Part shown: piece by piece, positions 21,894 through 24,847 of the stretch
Position numbering within the stretch: position 1 is the stretch's first letter
How the letters are laid out: each line of letters begins with the position of its first letter
DNA from: Piromyces finnis finn
Lineage: Eukaryota; Fungi; Neocallimastigomycota
Direction: 5' to 3'
Assembly (NCBI GenBank): GCA_002104945.1
Contig: MCFH01000146.1
Span: forward strand, 1 to 24,847
Length of the DNA: 24,847 bases
Made by a program: the position numbers and the translations under genes
Notes under the pieces: generated by a model
The model's input: the letters and a program-made list of their open reading frames with translations, nothing else
The model's database searches: none
Told to the model about the DNA's origin: nothing

Positions 21894-22537
21894 TTCCTTT
21901 TTAAATTTTACTAACTTTTTGATTCCCTTAAAATATTACACTTTCTTTTACTTTCTTTGACTGAATAGATTATAATACCAGATAAAACAATATAGACTCA
22001 AAAATCCCCTTTTGACAGTCTAAAAAAAAATTTATAAGCTCGAAGTTCCTTTATCGACCACTTGATAAAATTGGATACAAATAATCTAGCACAACACGCA
22101 CTACCAATTATTTGTAGCAAAAAAAATATTGTTATCACTCCTTACTTTCTTAATTCAGTCGTATGATAAAAGTACTAAATTTTCCTTATCTTCCTTTTTC
22201 TCTTTCTTTTAAAATTTACTTAATTATTATTTTTATTTAATTTATAAATAAGAACTTAATTTAATATTGTTATTACTGTTTTAAGTTACCGACCAAGTTA
22301 TATATAATAGACTATTAACTAAGAGTCTTTCATCCGATGGTAAAGGTTGCCGTCACCCTATTCACACGATCTTAGTTCCGTCACGTGCTTCAGGATCTTT
22401 TTACCACCCCTACTATCCCTCTGATGTTTAGTTAATAAGGCTCGTCTATGTTGATATAACCTGTTTAACTTAAAAACAGTAAGAAAAGTACATTTCAATT
22501 AGCAATATTAAATTAACTGGGAACCAAAAAAAAATAA

Positions 22538-22584
22538 TTTTTTTTTTTTTTTTTTTTTTTGTTTGTTTGTTTGTTTGTTTGTTT
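22538..22584. repeat. T23 followed by (GTTT)6, in the 5' leader of element C
   Basis: Read directly; (AAAC)6-A23 on the element strand. Confidence 0.92.
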
Positions 22585-23039
22585 AAAAAAAATAAATAAT
22601 AAAATAATATTAAATTTATTAAAATTTTAATTACACTAATAAGTATAGTAGAACAGCATTTCACAGCGATTTTCCAATACTCATTTAGGGTGTTTAAGTA
22701 GTTCACAATTGCCCAGCTTACCGTATTACCGGTGTCATGTAACAATTATGCGAGGCACTTCTATTTCTCGAACAAAATAGAAAGGTTCAGCGCTTTCCAG
22801 TATACCACTGTGAAAGATAAACTAAGACCTAATAACTTAACCACTAATTCCTAAATAAAGTACTGCTTCTAAAGCGTACTAATTCAGTTTTACTAAAATA
22901 TTATACCTTAAATCTTCAACAGTAGTATAAATATTACCTATAACTTGAAGGGTAATAAATTTTTAATAAATTTATATAATATCTTAGTAATATTTTAATA
23001 TTACTTTATCCTATGTATTAATAATTTTTATTAATATTT

Positions 23040-23057
23040 TCCCCGATATCTCCACCA
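23040..23057 (-). promoter_or_regulatory. Primer binding site of element C (tRNA-Ala type, 18 nt)
   Basis: Minus strand TGGTGGAGATATCGGGGA; 7 nt from the LTR. Confidence 0.83.
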
Positions 23058-23064
23058 ATTTTTA

Positions 23065-23773
23065 TGTTATGGTTCGAGGAATTTAGTTTTATTTATAAAA
23101 TATTAATAAATTATCAATACTCAAAAATAATATTAAAATTAAATAAGAAAAATTGTTTTATTAATAAGTTTGTTTTATTAAAATATTAAGAATATATAAT
23201 TACAAAAATAAAAATAAAAATAAAAATAAAATTATCTCTCTCTTCTAATTCTTATAATATACACCTTTTTATACCTTTTGTAGAAATTTAAGTAGTGTTA
23301 ATTAAAAGAATTAGACTTTAATTATTACATTAATTTTGTATTTAAATTACTTTTAAATTAATAATAAAATTACATTACTATTATAATAAATAATTATACA
23401 TATTATTGAATTGATTAACATACATTAAAAGTTTACTTCACATATATTTAACTAAAGATTTTACTATTTACAGAAATATTATTCATAATTTTAATTAATA
23501 AAAATTCATTAACTTGATAAATTAAACTAAAGTTCAATAAACTATAATTTCAATATATTATTATTACTTTATTATTTACTAATTAATTTTAATTTAATAA
23601 AATAAATTTAAGTTTATAAATAATCATTAATAAATTATAATATTAATTTCATGTATACATTAATTTACAAATTAGAATATTGTAAAGTTTTCATACATTT
23701 AGGAACAATAATGGATTAGGTCATAATCATTAATTATGACAAAAATAACATTATTTGTTGGTTTCCTTAAACA
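23065..23773 (-). repeat. 5' LTR of element C (~709 bp)
   Basis: TGTTATGG...CCTTAAACA; differs from the 3' LTR almost only by homopolymer indels. Confidence 0.95.
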
Positions 23774-24847
23774 TGTATAATTATTATTATATATATTACT
23801 AATAATAATATTAATAATAATAATAATTATTATCTACAATTTAATAATAATTAATATTATTAAACTGAGAAATTAAAATAAATAATTTTGTACTTATCTG
23901 AATAAGAGTTTATTATAAGGAATATAATAAACAACACAAAGCTTTAATGTTATTTGATTTAAATGTTTATTAATATTGTTTTTTAAATAAAGATTATTTA
24001 TATAATAGTTCTTATAATAATAACTCTGGATTCTTTAGTGGAATTCCAGAGTTCTTTATTTATAATTTTTTAATAAATTAAAGTTTTAATAAAAGTTTTC
24101 TAATTTAACAATAATCTTTTAGGAAAGACTAGAGAAAAACCTAAAAAGATATTCGATTGATAACATCAATCATCGTAATATTAAGTAAAACCGAATAAAA
24201 TTCGGAAAAACCTTAATATCCGATTGTCCTAATATTTATTTATATCTTCTAATTGTTTCTATAAGTTATTTCAAGATACGATACATAAACATAAAATACG
24301 AACGTAAAATAAAATACACAATGTTTCTTATAAAATGTAATACAAAAATTATTAATTAATAAAATAAATGAATGTTTACTATTATTTTAAATAAATTACT
24401 AAATTAAATAAAAAATAATTAATATAGTAATTAAATAAATTTTAAATTAAGTAAATGAATAATTAATATTAATATAAATAAATGTTTATAGTAATTTAAA
24501 TGAATGTATACTAATAGTTTAAATAATTAATTAATTTAATAATTAAAAAATAATTAATGTCACGAATACTAGTGAAAATACAATTTCAAGATCACTTGGA
24601 ATTGTGAAATCACTTATGAAATTTCAAAATCAACAAATATTTTATTTTCAAATAAATTATAAAATTTTATTAAGAAATATTTAAAAATTTAGAAAAGGTT
24701 AAAATATGACCTTAACCCTTAATAATTTTTATAATAAATAACTTTAACCCTTATCGTTAAAATGGAATAAGGAAAAAACACGCGTATCTCCTCAACGAAT
24801 GACGATTTTTGAATAAAAAATGTTTTGGTCGTTAATTACGTTCGTTA

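Larger units (their letters stand above)
16297..23773 (-). mobile_element. Full-length Ty3/Gypsy LTR retrotransposon C
   Basis: Paired near-identical LTRs at 16297-17010 and 23065-23773, PBS, PPT-like tract, intact gag, and pol with all domains. Confidence 0.96.

Noticed and set aside
22330-22450. Possible hammerhead ribozyme in the GC-richer part of the C leader (CTGATG seen)
   Set aside because: The CUGAUGA core and a correctly placed GAAA with supporting stems were not found.
22470-22745. 91-aa minus-strand ORF upstream of element C gag
   Set aside because: Runs through the A/AAAC repeat, has no domain signature and has no counterpart in A or B.
23040-23057. tRNA-like ...CCACCA sequences as tRNA genes
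   Set aside because: Only the 3'-terminal 17-18 nt are present, next to LTRs; these are PBSs.
24710-24755. Two TAACCCT (telomere-like) units
   Set aside because: Isolated single units, not a tandem array.

Overview
Extremely AT-rich eukaryotic DNA, possibly from an anaerobic gut fungus (inferred from composition and poly-Asn codon tracts, not verified). Almost the whole window is a same-orientation (minus-strand) stack of Ty3/Gypsy LTR retrotransposons. Element A (<1-6551) lacks its 3' end in the window and has a 699-bp solo LTR with a perfect 5-bp TSD inserted in its gag. It is followed by a solo LTR related to element C (6556-7232), an unassigned spacer (7233-7708), full-length element B (7709-16292) and full-length element C (16297-23773). 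An unassigned AT-rich flank (23774-24847) ends the window. All three elements have gag (CCHC knuckle) and pol (PR-RT-RNase H-IN, no chromodomain in B or C). The ORFs are fragmented, mostly by 1-2 nt indels that look like long-read homopolymer errors. Features shared by the elements: (1) a -1 frameshift cassette (U UUA AAY, 7-nt spacer, UGGGAG/CUCCCA stem, with a predicted H-type pseudoknot that is clear in A and C); (2) a tRNA-Ala-type PBS set 7 nt from the LTR; (3) a D[S/T]C rather than D[S/T]G protease motif; (4) independent LTRs abutting head-to-tail exactly 4 nt apart at two junctions, which suggests re-use of the same target site. No host gene, RNA gene or CRISPR array is supported.
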